A DNA stretch of 38,364 bases, from the NCBI GenBank assembly GCA_043813605.1, contig JBDRKX010000031.1, positions 1 to 38,364 of the forward strand, in the 5' to 3' direction. The position numbers were made by a program, and so were the translations under genes. The DNA comes from Elusimicrobiota bacterium (GTDB lineage Bacteria > CG03 > SLGR01 > JBDRKX01). The number at the start of each line of letters is the position of its first letter. The first letter of the stretch is position 1. Below the pieces are notes generated by a model. The model saw only the letters and a list, made by a program, of their open reading frames with translations, was not told where the DNA came from and made no database searches. Positions 1 to 9,391 of this stretch are shown here, piece by piece.

Positions 1-54
1 CTCAGCAAGAAGCAGGACATCCCATTCATCATCAATTACAAGAATATTTTCCAT
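1..54 (-). CDS. Response regulator / REC-domain protein, 5' end only (runs off the window)
   Basis: ATG at 54 reads MENILVIDDEWDVLLLAE, the beta1 ILVIDDE motif of receiver domains. Not in the ORF track. Confidence 0.75.
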   Translation of the reverse strand, partial: MENILVIDDEWDVLLLAE

Positions 55-143
55 ATGCTTTTCTCATTCAGCGCGCTTATGATTCCTTTGTATGCGATAT
101 TACCGTTTGTTAATACTAATAATAACACCGGCTGGATAAAATT

Positions 144-944
144 TCAATATTCGGTAATTGTCATAAAATCGTTATATACGATCCTTTGCGGAGGAACTTG
201 AAGTGATTCAGGGTCTTTTCCCCTTTTCTTAAAGTGGGCATTACCTTTTATTATGATCTTATTTCCGAAATACCTGCTTTTCTTTACTGCAATATACGAA
301 AAGCATTCCCTCCTGCAGCTTTCAGTTATCATAGAATGGACATCAGGCCCCTTTACTGCATAACCGCAGTATCTCGATACGGTCATATACTCAAAAGGAT
401 GATATATATGCGCTTTAATGCCGTTCTCTTCCAACTGCGGCTGGCAGGCAAGATAGTGATCAAGACTGTTAAATTCAATGCGGTCTACCCTTTTTACCTT
501 GAGCAAGTTCATGAATCTATCCGGGAAAAAACAATAATTCCGGCGGACTCTATTTTTGTGCAGCCTCTTTTCACGGAGAAACCGGATATGATAAGGAGAC
601 AGGTATTGGGATATCAGCAGGCGGCCTAATACCAGTCTGCTGCTGTTTCCTGTTTCAGCCAGTTTCTCCATAAAACCCCAGTCATTTACCACTATCTCCG
701 GGTTATCAGTTGTTTTCTGCAGGCGCTGCAATAGATCAAGTCTTTTTTCAATGCCTGCATCAGTAAGATAAGGTGTAACTAATGTAATTCCCATTGATTT
801 TTCTTTGCATAAAGAAAGGAGTTTATCTATCTCAGAACCGGTTGGTAATAATCTTTCACAGAACTCATCTCCGATATAGATCCTGCTCATACCTTCGACA
901 CCGGTTAGTTTCAGTCCGCTGGTATATAAGAGGGCTTTTTCCAT
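144..944 (-). CDS. U32 peptidase-like protein, UbiV-like partner subunit
   Basis: IYIGDEFC near the N-terminus, EIVVNDWG, and cysteines in SRYC...CRREC. Directly downstream of a canonical U32 gene. Confidence 0.7.
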   Translation of the reverse strand: MEKALLYTSGLKLTGVEGMSRIYIGDEFCERLLPTGSEIDKLLSLCKEKSMGITLVTPYLTDAGIEKRLDLLQRLQKTTDNPEIVVNDWGFMEKLAETGNSSRLVLGRLLISQYLSPYHIRFLREKRLHKNRVRRNYCFFPDRFMNLLKVKRVDRIEFNSLDHYLACQPQLEENGIKAHIYHPFEYMTVSRYCGYAVKGPDVHSMITESCRRECFSYIAVKKSRYFGNKIIIKGNAHFKKRGKDPESLQVPPQRIVYNDFMTITEY

Positions 945-948
945 CAGG

Positions 949-2055
949 TCATACCTCGATTGTCACGGCATCATCTCCGCTCATCAGTTTATGATAACAG
1001 TTAACGGCTTTGCAGTCCCTTCCGAATACAGACATGAATATGTCCCTGCCCTTTTCTTCGAAATTCTTCTGAATGATCTTGCCGCCTGCGATATTTTCAA
1101 TATACATCCTGGAGGATCTTACCCTTGACAACTTATACTCGAGGGTTCTTCCCCTCCCTTCGATCTTACCTGCAGTAATCCCCGCTTGCACAAGATGATA
1201 TATAGAGCATAGAATACAGTACGGCCTGCTGTAATACTCGGAATAAGCGAATACTCCGGTATCATCAGAGGGGCTATACCCGCTTGCATCTTTTTTCATG
1301 ACATTCACTTCGCATTTCTCTCTGCAGGAGATGCTTGGAAATAACTTCGAAGTCCATATCTTCTTCCCTATTTTCCTTTTTATCGAATTACCTAAAATAG
1401 AATATCCCCGTCTAAGCACACTTAATGCGAATCTATATGCATACCTGTATTTGCCGGTGTATATATTCTCGACACCGTATTTGTGGTTAAGACAGAATCC
1501 GTTTATATTCCTGCATTGAGAAGGACTTATAAACATCTCTGTTTCAATACCTGTTTCTGATGCGCTTTCCTGAAACCGTAATATTTCCTTAAGTGTGAAT
1601 TGATTATAGGGCAGCACGACTCTGTCTACACCGGACTGCTTGAACAAAGCGAGTGTCATCCTGTTAAAGTATGGATTGAGTGAACTCATTATGATCTTTG
1701 CCGAAGGCGCTGCATCCTTTATTACCGGCACAAGTGTGATATCCGCTGCAATAAAACCTGAAACACCAAGTTTTGCCGCTTCGGATATATCATCTATTAG
1801 AATATTTTCTGCGCCTTCAGGCAGGAATTCGTTAACACAAAGGTATACCGGGATATCTCTTTTCCGGGCGATTTCCACAGCTTTTTTCAGTTCTTTAAAA
1901 GAAGCAAGGTTACCATATTCCATATGGCGCAGATTAGGGTATATCCCGAACTTTTTCCATTTATTATGATAAAGCCCGCAGTAAAGTTCACCGGCGCCGG
2001 CATCTGCAAGTTTTTCTATTTCATCTGCGGTATCGAATGGAGCCGTGATTATCAT
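949..2055 (-). CDS. U32 family protein (UbiU/TrhP/RlhA-like Fe-S hydroxylase)
   Basis: AGAGELYCG, GVDRVVLP, E(M)F followed by CX6C, a later CX3C and CXXC, and KIEGR. Confidence 0.85.
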   Translation of the reverse strand: MIITAPFDTADEIEKLADAGAGELYCGLYHNKWKKFGIYPNLRHMEYGNLASFKELKKAVEIARKRDIPVYLCVNEFLPEGAENILIDDISEAAKLGVSGFIAADITLVPVIKDAAPSAKIIMSSLNPYFNRMTLALFKQSGVDRVVLPYNQFTLKEILRFQESASETGIETEMFISPSQCRNINGFCLNHKYGVENIYTGKYRYAYRFALSVLRRGYSILGNSIKRKIGKKIWTSKLFPSISCREKCEVNVMKKDASGYSPSDDTGVFAYSEYYSRPYCILCSIYHLVQAGITAGKIEGRGRTLEYKLSRVRSSRMYIENIAGGKIIQKNFEEKGRDIFMSVFGRDCKAVNCYHKLMSGDDAVTIEV

Positions 2056-2171
2056 ACCGGACAGGATATCTCTTCGGTGGAAAACATGATCACATTTTTT
2101 ATAATGAAAACGGTATGCAACAAATATATTTACCCGGCACGGTCATAACCGACTGTTATCCGATCATCTTT

Positions 2172-3044
2172 TCACTTCTTATTTTTAGACTCTTTCTGTT
2201 TATACATCTCCGCATCGGCTACGTTGAATATCTGCACGGGCTCTTTGTATTCTTTCTTCCACGTTGCGGTTCCCATGCTTATCGTAACAGCGATCCTTTC
2301 ACCTGTTTTAGGAGAAACAAAATATTCGGATTTAATCCTTTTCTGCAGCTTATTAAGCACTAATTCCGCCTGCTTGCTGTTAAGATGAGGGAATATTACA
2401 GTAAATTCATCACCGCCGTACCTTGTAATAATATCCGATTTCCTGAGCTCTTCTTTCATTATTTCAGCAATTCTTTTCAGCACATAATCACCGTCCGAAT
2501 GACCGTATTTATCATTTATAGACTTGAACTTGTCGACATCAATAAGAGCCAGAGAAAACTCCTGCCCGTTTCTCCTTGACATGTTATAGAGTATATCCAG
2601 CTGTTTCTTAAAAAAATGTATATTATACAGACCGGTAAGACCGTCTGTCATAGAGATCTCTTCGTAGTATTTTTTCCTTTTAAGTACCGCATCGATCCTG
2701 ACCAGAAATTCTTCCGGCTCAAAAGGCTTTGTTACATAATCATCGATACCAAGATGCAGACCTGTGATCTTATCAATAGTACTGCCCATAACGGTGAGCA
2801 TGATGACAGGCACATTCATTAGCTTGATATCGCTCCGGATCTCGTAGCATACCTGGTAGCCGTCCATTTTCGGCATCCTTACATCCAGCACGACAAGATC
2901 CGGCAGTACCTTGCGCATCTTCTCAAGGGCTTCCACTCCGTCTGTGGCTTCCTCTATTTCGTAGAGCGCCTGTTCAAGCACGCTTTTGATAATATCCCTG
3001 CTCTGTTTTTCATCATCGACTATTAAAATCCTTATTTTATCCAT
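2172..3044 (-). CDS. REC-GGDEF diguanylate cyclase
   Basis: N-terminal REC (ILIVDDE, LDVRMP, KPF), TDGLTGLYN, I-site RKSD and an intact GGDEF. Confidence 0.95.
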   Translation of the reverse strand: MDKIRILIVDDEKQSRDIIKSVLEQALYEIEEATDGVEALEKMRKVLPDLVVLDVRMPKMDGYQVCYEIRSDIKLMNVPVIMLTVMGSTIDKITGLHLGIDDYVTKPFEPEEFLVRIDAVLKRKKYYEEISMTDGLTGLYNIHFFKKQLDILYNMSRRNGQEFSLALIDVDKFKSINDKYGHSDGDYVLKRIAEIMKEELRKSDIITRYGGDEFTVIFPHLNSKQAELVLNKLQKRIKSEYFVSPKTGERIAVTISMGTATWKKEYKEPVQIFNVADAEMYKQKESKNKK

Positions 3045-4884
3045 TGTCCTCCCCTTTTCTAAGATTTATCTCTATCTTCCTGATTATAATATCTTCATAA
3101 GAAGCTTTATCCAGGCATTCACACGCGCCTAATGCCAGACATTTCTCCCTGTTCTTCTCACTCGCAGAAGATGTTAGCACAATTATCGGAATATTCATAG
3201 TCGCTTTATTCTTTTTTAATTCTCTTATAACTTCGAATCCATCCATCCCCGGCATCATAAGATCAAGGATGATCATATCAGGTCTTGTCTCTTTCGCCAG
3301 CTCAAGCCCTTCCCTTCCGCTATGGATACATGCGACCCTGCTTCCGCCCTCCGTTAAGAAACCCTTAAGTATAGCGGTCAATTTCTCTTCATCGTCTATA
3401 ACGAGTATGTTTTTATTAATTACCGGCTCTCCTATCAGGTCAGCCGGGCTGTCACATTCATCGGAAACCGAACCGTTCTTTTTCCTGCTAAGCGTGAATA
3501 TAAAACTGCTTCCAATGTCTAACTCACTTTCCACCCAGATCTTTTCTCCATGAGCTTCTATTATACCCTTGACTATGGCCAGGCCTAAACCTGTACCTCT
3601 GATATCTCCGGTTTTATCCTGGTTTTCTTTGACCTGTCTGAATTTTTCAAATACAGTTTCTACCTTATCCGCAGGAATACCTATTCCGCTGTCACACACT
3701 CCCACCTCAATATGCTCTCCCTTCTCTTCAGCTCTGATCTCTATTTTACCGCCATCAGGCGTATACTTGAACGCATTACCCAGCAGATTATGAAGAACCT
3801 GTGTGATCTTTTCAGTATCACATGTCACCCTGGAGATCCCTTCCGGTACTGATACAGTCAGGGATATATTATGTTTCGCCGCAGTAGGCATATACAAAGG
3901 AATGACTTCCTCTGCCACCTTCTTAATATCGCATACTTTTTTATTTATAACCAGCTGCCTGCTTTTTATCTTTGCCATTTCAAGTATGTCACTGATAAAA
4001 TCCGACAACCTCTTAATATTGTTCTTTATTACATTAAAATGCTCTGCGCTTTGCGTGGAAATAACACCTTTGTTCTCCATAAGGAAAAGATCGATATGGC
4101 CCTTGATATGATACAGCGGTGATTTTAATTCATGGGAAACACTTGAAATAAAATTATCCTTCATATCATCCAGTTCTTTCAGCTTTAGAGCCATTTTATT
4201 GAACTCTTCCGCCATATCTCCGAACTCATTCTTACTGTTCACCGAAATACTCTGGTCGAGATGCCCGTCACCTATGAACTTGGCGCCCTGTATTACTTGT
4301 TTTATCGGCAGTGTCATCCTGTTTGCAAGTAGTACTGCGGCCAGTATGCTGATAGCCAGCGCGAATAAAGCTATGACGAGTATTCTCTTTCGCGTTTTAT
4401 TCAGCGTTCTCTCTATTTCAGTTTTAAGCATATCCTGGGAAAAGCCTATTTGCGCCACTCCTATCTCTCTGCCGTCCATAATGACACTCTGCGCTATGTC
4501 ATATATTTCTCCTTCCAGGCCTGAATATGTCACAGGCAGGAGTTCGCCGGATAGACTTTCTTCATGTTTTCTTATTAACACATCCTCCTTCAGGACATAT
4601 GGCGCCGAGAGCATATTCCCGTCCATGCTTGTGAATACGATATATACTATATTTTTATTTATTTCTTTAACCGATTTAATGTAATTCAACAGCAGCAGTT
4701 CATCATGCAAAGTCAGGGCTTCATTGGACATTTCCATAAAACTCTCAAAGATATTTATTTCGTTGGCCTTCATCTCATTAAAAAGAAGTTCTTTTTCATA
4801 TACAAAAAAAGCCGTACTGACACCTATGATCACGCTCACTATCAGTAAACTTGCGAACAGACTGAATTCCTGTTTTAATCTCAT
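3037..4884 (-). CDS. Hybrid sensor histidine kinase (2 TM, HAMP, HisKA, HATPase, REC)
   Basis: SHELKSPL H-box, NLLGNAFKY, DSGIGI, GTGLGL and a C-terminal REC. Start set at ATG 4884 (MRLKQEF), which overlaps the upstream stop as ATGA, rather than 4965. Confidence 0.93.
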   Translation of the reverse strand: MRLKQEFSLFASLLIVSVIIGVSTAFFVYEKELLFNEMKANEINIFESFMEMSNEALTLHDELLLLNYIKSVKEINKNIVYIVFTSMDGNMLSAPYVLKEDVLIRKHEESLSGELLPVTYSGLEGEIYDIAQSVIMDGREIGVAQIGFSQDMLKTEIERTLNKTRKRILVIALFALAISILAAVLLANRMTLPIKQVIQGAKFIGDGHLDQSISVNSKNEFGDMAEEFNKMALKLKELDDMKDNFISSVSHELKSPLYHIKGHIDLFLMENKGVISTQSAEHFNVIKNNIKRLSDFISDILEMAKIKSRQLVINKKVCDIKKVAEEVIPLYMPTAAKHNISLTVSVPEGISRVTCDTEKITQVLHNLLGNAFKYTPDGGKIEIRAEEKGEHIEVGVCDSGIGIPADKVETVFEKFRQVKENQDKTGDIRGTGLGLAIVKGIIEAHGEKIWVESELDIGSSFIFTLSRKKNGSVSDECDSPADLIGEPVINKNILVIDDEEKLTAILKGFLTEGGSRVACIHSGREGLELAKETRPDMIILDLMMPGMDGFEVIRELKKNKATMNIPIIVLTSSASEKNREKCLALGACECLDKASYEDIIIRKIEINLRKGEDNG

Positions 4885-5735
4885 TTGCTTATCTGTGCCC
4901 GGGCCCTTTCGAGCGCCTTCTGGACCTCCCGGTAACTGGGTGCAAGTTCCAGGGCTTCTTCCCATATTGAGATCGCTTTTTTTATATCCCCGGCGCTGTA
5001 TAAGGACAACCCTTCCTTGTAATAATTCTTTGCCTTATCAAACAGCCTGGCACTGATCTTGTCATAGTAGTCTTTTGTCTTTTTATATTCCGGGTCGATC
5101 TCCATTACCTTTTCAAACTCTGACCTTGCTCTTTCCGGAGATCTGTTCTTATAGAATTCCATACCGTTTTTATAGTATTCTTCTACCCTTTCCCGGGCTT
5201 CTTCTTTTCTGCATCTTTCTTCTTCGATCTTTTTTTCTTTCTCGATCCTGGTGATCTCGATATTTGCAAGGTTTATATATTTTATCGCTTCGCTGTGCCT
5301 GTGATCAAGCACCAGTACTTTAACGAAAAACTCTATCGAATTTCTATACTGCCCTGCATTAAAAAGAAACATACCCTGCGTAAATAGAGACTGTATGTTC
5401 CCCTGCCTGCTGATAAGTTCAGGTTCGATCCTGTTTATATATTCGTTTACTATCTGCTTTTTATAGTCTTCCCTATCGATTATCTCATCGAATTCAACCC
5501 GGGCGTTTATCTTCATTTCAGCAAAGAACTTGTTAAACTGGATGCTGGCTTCCATAAGCCTGTTCTTCCTGTAATTCTCGATACCGCTTGAAAGATACTG
5601 GTTGAGTATCTTCTGGTCACCTGTATCGGCTATAATACTGCTCTTGCCTGTACTCGCGCAGGCGGAAAGAGATATAAGCAGTATAGACAGCACGATCTTC
5701 ATGCATGTTATGAATTCAGTAATTTTCAAATTCAC
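4881..5735 (-). CDS. TPR-repeat lipoprotein
   Basis: Lipobox LSAC after a hydrophobic stretch (likely start ATG 5702). Several TPRs, e.g. YYKNGMEFY...FEKVMEIDP and YYKEGLSLY...WEEALELAP. Confidence 0.8.
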   Translation of the reverse strand: MNLKITEFITCMKIVLSILLISLSACASTGKSSIIADTGDQKILNQYLSSGIENYRKNRLMEASIQFNKFFAEMKINARVEFDEIIDREDYKKQIVNEYINRIEPELISRQGNIQSLFTQGMFLFNAGQYRNSIEFFVKVLVLDHRHSEAIKYINLANIEITRIEKEKKIEEERCRKEEARERVEEYYKNGMEFYKNRSPERARSEFEKVMEIDPEYKKTKDYYDKISARLFDKAKNYYKEGLSLYSAGDIKKAISIWEEALELAPSYREVQKALERARAQISK

Positions 5736-6918
5736 CTTCCATCAGGTCATTTTCTTTCAGTATCCTGAAAAACGTCGAAGATACGGGCGGACAGCCTTTT
5801 ATATATATGCCGCCTTTGTCTTTGTGTTTATATGTACAGTTCCCCAGCAATATATCCTCTGCATCGTATTCCTCGCCGCCTTTGCCTATCCTGATCCTGA
5901 GTTTTTCACCGGGCAGGTTGGAATACCTGATATGGCTCGCATATTCCTTCAAAAAGACAAGCAGCGTCGATAAACATGCGCTGCATGACTGATAGTCGTT
6001 CACTTCTACTCCGGGAAACTTTATATTGATCTCTTTGGGCGCCAGTTCATATTTATCTGTAAATTTTACATAATCTACCGGATCGACGTCTATGTTATCG
6101 GTTTTTATCCGGTCTTTGTTGAATTCCATAGCAAGCTTGAGGTGAGGGACATCGTCTTTCTCAAGACCCATGAGCCTGGCCGCGACAAGATCCGCATAAA
6201 GAAAATTCCTGCTCCCTACTACTGTATCCGTTTTCTTCTTTTCTCCGCCGGACGGCCCGAGGCCTTCAAGCCCGATGGTCCCGTCTATTATTGCGAGATC
6301 GGGTTTCAGACTCATGGACAGGTCCGCTATGGCGACATCCAGTTCCTTGTAATCGGTATATTCGCACCCGTCGTCGAATTTCAGCTGGTGAAGCCGCACT
6401 TTTTCATGGCGCCACAGGAACCCTTTCATATTCTTAAGGCTCAATGTAACGACAGTATGCATATGTGTTTTCATGACAGGCACAGAAACCAGGTAATTAT
6501 ATTCTTCTATTTTATTATACACCCTCAGCTGCTCTATTATCCTGCCGCCGGGGACTTTTACTATTGCCGGTTTTTCCTTGTCGAAATCCAGCAATTTGAC
6601 GTTTTTTTCTTCTGCAAGCCCCGCTACACCGGTTTTTCTATATATATCTTCCATCTTCAGGCCTATTATCGGGCTTTCGCCTATGGATATATCATTGAAC
6701 TGGTTCGACCGGAAATGATCTATGATCGCAGTGATGACCTCTATATTTGTCACAATACCCGTTCCCGACTCAAAAAGCCGGCCGAGATTGGGTTTTATGA
6801 GTATTTTCTTATCTTCCAGCCCTGTAAGCCGGAGCGCCTCGAGTACTTCAAGAGTACACCGGTATGCATCAGAGTTTTTTCTGACTACAACCCTGTCTTT
6901 TAGTAATTTGTCGTCCAT
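5716..6918 (-). CDS. DUF362-domain protein with C-terminal Cys-rich (putative Fe-S) domain
   Basis: KILIKPNL, IGES, VPVMKTH...VTLSLKNMKG, IIDG..GLEG.GP; the tail has CSAC, GNC and GCPP. Confidence 0.85.
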   Translation of the reverse strand: MDDKLLKDRVVVRKNSDAYRCTLEVLEALRLTGLEDKKILIKPNLGRLFESGTGIVTNIEVITAIIDHFRSNQFNDISIGESPIIGLKMEDIYRKTGVAGLAEEKNVKLLDFDKEKPAIVKVPGGRIIEQLRVYNKIEEYNYLVSVPVMKTHMHTVVTLSLKNMKGFLWRHEKVRLHQLKFDDGCEYTDYKELDVAIADLSMSLKPDLAIIDGTIGLEGLGPSGGEKKKTDTVVGSRNFLYADLVAARLMGLEKDDVPHLKLAMEFNKDRIKTDNIDVDPVDYVKFTDKYELAPKEINIKFPGVEVNDYQSCSACLSTLLVFLKEYASHIRYSNLPGEKLRIRIGKGGEEYDAEDILLGNCTYKHKDKGGIYIKGCPPVSSTFFRILKENDLMEGEFENY

Positions 6919-7070
6919 AATCAGTTGTTTTTAAGGAATACTACCATTGATTTTAAACTCTAAATCCGTTATTTTCCTGAAATTTACCCTATGATATCAA
7001 TATTTAGTAAATTAATGTTAATTATGAAAAATTGTTAAACAAAAATCAATTTTCGATCTTCCTTAAGACA

Positions 7071-7339
7071 CTACAACTTCTCCATGATCTCGATCACATC
7101 TTTCATGAAATCTTTCAATATACCAATATTTGCCTCATCATGCCTTTCCGTCAACATGGAAACACGGATAGTCGCACCGCCTTTCTTTTTACTGAAAAGC
7201 TGGTTCAGCGCAAAAAAGCCTGCTGGAGATAATAGTTGTCCGTATACATGTTACCTGCCTTATAACTGTATAACATCATCTGTTTCTGTCTGTCATTTTC
7301 CGCATACAGTTCGTTTACAGGCAATGTCCTTGTGCCGAG
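7071..7339 (-). pseudogene. 3' fragment of an EpsI-family (exosortase-associated) gene, frameshifted
   Basis: Reads LGTRTLPVNELYAENDRQKQMMLYSYKAGNMYTDNYYLQQAF. After a one-base loss in the run at 7212-7217 it reads ALNQLFSKKKGGATIRVSMLTERHDEANIGILKDFMKDVIEIMEKL*. This fits the EpsI C-terminal pattern. Confidence 0.65.
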
Positions 7340-7509
7340 CAGAGTTTCTTCATCTGTTCCAACCCTTTAAGATCATTCTGATCCTCGTAGAACGTACACA
7401 GGTCAACTTTATGTTTTCTGGATAACACCCTGATAAAATGATATGTCCTCAGCCGGTCCCCCTTTATTGGAGGATACGGCAATCTGGGCGCTATGAAAAG
7501 GATATTCAT
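7315..7509 (-). pseudogene. 5' fragment of a GT4 glycosyltransferase (PEP-CTERM/TIGR03087-like)
   Basis: MNILFIAPRLPYPPIKGDRLRTYHFIRVLS is the N-terminus typical of this ~400-aa family, but the frame ends after 64 aa. Confidence 0.8.
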
Positions 7510-8675
7510 TATTTTTTCTTCCCTTTTACCCTGTTATACAGTTCTATTATCTTACAGGCATTATTTTTCCAATTATGTTCTGATATTATATTCTCCCTTC
7601 CCGCTCTTCCCATTCTCATACGCAGTTCATCATTTTTTAACAGCATCACAAGAGCGCCTGTCAGTCCGGTGATATCACCCCGATCAAAAAGCAGTCCATG
7701 TTCACCACTGTTGATCCCTTCTTCGAGCGGTCCCAGCCGCGGAGCGACCACGGGTTTTGCCATCGCCATGTATTCATATATTTTCATAGGTGAACCGTAT
7801 TCGTTGGAATCGGGCATAACGGCGACATCAAATGCCGCAATATGGCCGGGAAGCTCTTCATGATCGACTTTACCGGTGAAGATCACATCTTCCTGAATAC
7901 CTGAATCCAAAGCCATTTTTTCCAGCTCGGCTCTCATCAGCCCGTCACCTATAAGAAGTAATTTCGTTTCTTCCACCTCTTTTCTTATATATGAAAAACA
8001 TTTTAACAGCATATCCAGTCCGTGCCACGGATAGAAACCGCCGATAAATCCTATTACTTTCGCGTTTCCCAGACTATATTTGTCTCTTATGCGCATGCCG
8101 CTTATCGCATTACTGAATTTTTCCGGATCAGCCGCGTTAGCAAGTATTATTATCTTTTCCGGCCGGATACCGAGCCTGATAAGATGATCTTTCAGATACC
8201 CGGATACGACCACTATGCCATCAGCTTTTTCCAGGATCTTCCTGTCAAGTCTGTTGGCAACAGGTGCCAGTATTTTAGATCTTTTTCTATATAGATGTGT
8301 AAATGACGTATAATTCACTTCAAGGATTATCGGCACCCCGGTCTTTTTTGATACCCTGATACCTGATGTGTTGAATATGGCATACCTCTCGAATATCAGC
8401 GTATACTCTTTCTGTTTCATTTGTTTTTTTAGTTTTTTATATGCTACGCGGTTGTATGCCAGTTCTATAAACTCAAAAACCAGTTCCGGCATATGTCTGC
8501 TTATAAATCTGTGGAGCCATGGTGTCTCATAAGCAGTACCTGAGACTGCATTCAGCCCGGCAGGAGACAATACGTCCACTTCGTTCCCGAGAACGGTAAA
8601 CGCTTTCACTATCTCGTCTATATGGACTCCTTCACCCCCCTTCCCCCTGGTCCTGTGGTTATAAATTATCCTCAT
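7509..8675 (-). CDS. GT4 family glycosyltransferase
   Basis: GFIGGFYPWHGLD, SPMKIYEYMAMAKPVVAP; GT-B length of 388 aa. Confidence 0.92.
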   Translation of the reverse strand: MRIIYNHRTRGKGGEGVHIDEIVKAFTVLGNEVDVLSPAGLNAVSGTAYETPWLHRFISRHMPELVFEFIELAYNRVAYKKLKKQMKQKEYTLIFERYAIFNTSGIRVSKKTGVPIILEVNYTSFTHLYRKRSKILAPVANRLDRKILEKADGIVVVSGYLKDHLIRLGIRPEKIIILANAADPEKFSNAISGMRIRDKYSLGNAKVIGFIGGFYPWHGLDMLLKCFSYIRKEVEETKLLLIGDGLMRAELEKMALDSGIQEDVIFTGKVDHEELPGHIAAFDVAVMPDSNEYGSPMKIYEYMAMAKPVVAPRLGPLEEGINSGEHGLLFDRGDITGLTGALVMLLKNDELRMRMGRAGRENIISEHNWKNNACKIIELYNRVKGKKK

Positions 8676-8746
8676 TTTTTTATTCCCATTAATTCCGATA
8701 CAGTCACGGGCTTTAAACCGCGGTTTTTTATGTCTTTTATTATTTC
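8672..8746 (-). pseudogene. C-terminal tail of a NodB-type polysaccharide deacetylase
   Basis: Start-less frame EIIKDIKNRGLKPVTVSELMGIKK* matches the NodB end motif (lk..Gy.fvtv.ell). Its TGA overlaps the GT4 ATG. Confidence 0.65.
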
Positions 8747-8954
8747 ATATTTCTTCTGTATCTTGTTCTGTTATACCAAGTTTCTTTTTTGCCAGCAATA
8801 TAGTTTCCCTGCTGCCAGGCTCTAGTATTTTTTTCAAGCCTTTTTCCCTTGACATAATGCCCGCTCTTATCATGCCGGCTATTTCAAATACGTACGGATG
8901 GAAACCGTACCGTTCAAGATGTACCCGGTTAGCAAATGAATTAAGAAGACAGTT
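8745..8954 (-). pseudogene. 3' fragment of an N-acetyl sugar amidotransferase-like / adenine nucleotide alpha hydrolase gene
   Basis: NCLLNSFANRVHLERYGFHPYVFEIAGMIRAGIMSREKGLKKI resembles the C-terminus of this polysaccharide-locus family. It is fused in frame to the ACP fragment. Confidence 0.6.
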
Positions 8955-9151
8955 GTCGGGTATCAGATCATCATCCTTTAGTTTGATACCAAATGTTTCT
9001 TCCATGAAACTGACAAACTCCAGTACTCCTGTTGAATCAATGATACCTTTTTTCAAAAAACGAATCGTCATCATTTATGTCTTTAATATCCGACCCGGCC
9101 AGGAAAGACCTGATAATATACTCTTTTACGCTTTTTTTGATATCTCCACAT
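8952..9151 (-). pseudogene. Acyl carrier protein, frameshifted and 3'-truncated
   Basis: GDIKKSVKEYIIRSFLAGSDIKDINDDDSFFEK, one extra base in the run at 9048-9053, then GIIDSTGVLEFVSFMEETFGIKLKDDDLIPDN (GIIDS phosphopantetheine site). The ATG at 9151 is also out of frame by one base. Confidence 0.8.
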
Positions 9152-9178
9152 TAATTTCTCGCCTTCAAATAAGATTCT

Positions 9179-9202
9179 TTGCTGTATGATTGCTGTATGA
9201 TT
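9179..9202. repeat. 11-bp tandem duplication (ttgctgtatga x2)
   Basis: ttgctgtatga ttgctgtatga tt read directly upstream of the ACP pseudogene. Confidence 0.8.
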
Positions 9203-9391
9203 TAAGTACATTGTTTCCTTATATAATATGAACAGTTTATTAAATATTATAATTCATCTCATATAATACTATTCATTATACATATAATACTTTTTTTTGA
9301 ACTTTCCGTACAGATTCATGCGCTTATCTTATGATAAACAGTATGCGATATGACTTGTTGTGAATTGATAGAACAGGTACCGTTTCAGTGC

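Noticed and set aside
4885..4965. 27-aa N-terminal extension of the histidine kinase in the ORF track
   Set aside because: It overlaps the TPR gene. ATG 4884 gives ATGA coupling and places the first TM near the N-terminus.
6142..6903. Long antisense ORFs (this 253-aa one, also 27057-27809, 30330-30974 and 16563-17186)
   Set aside because: They are shadows of well-supported opposite-strand genes and have no motifs of their own.
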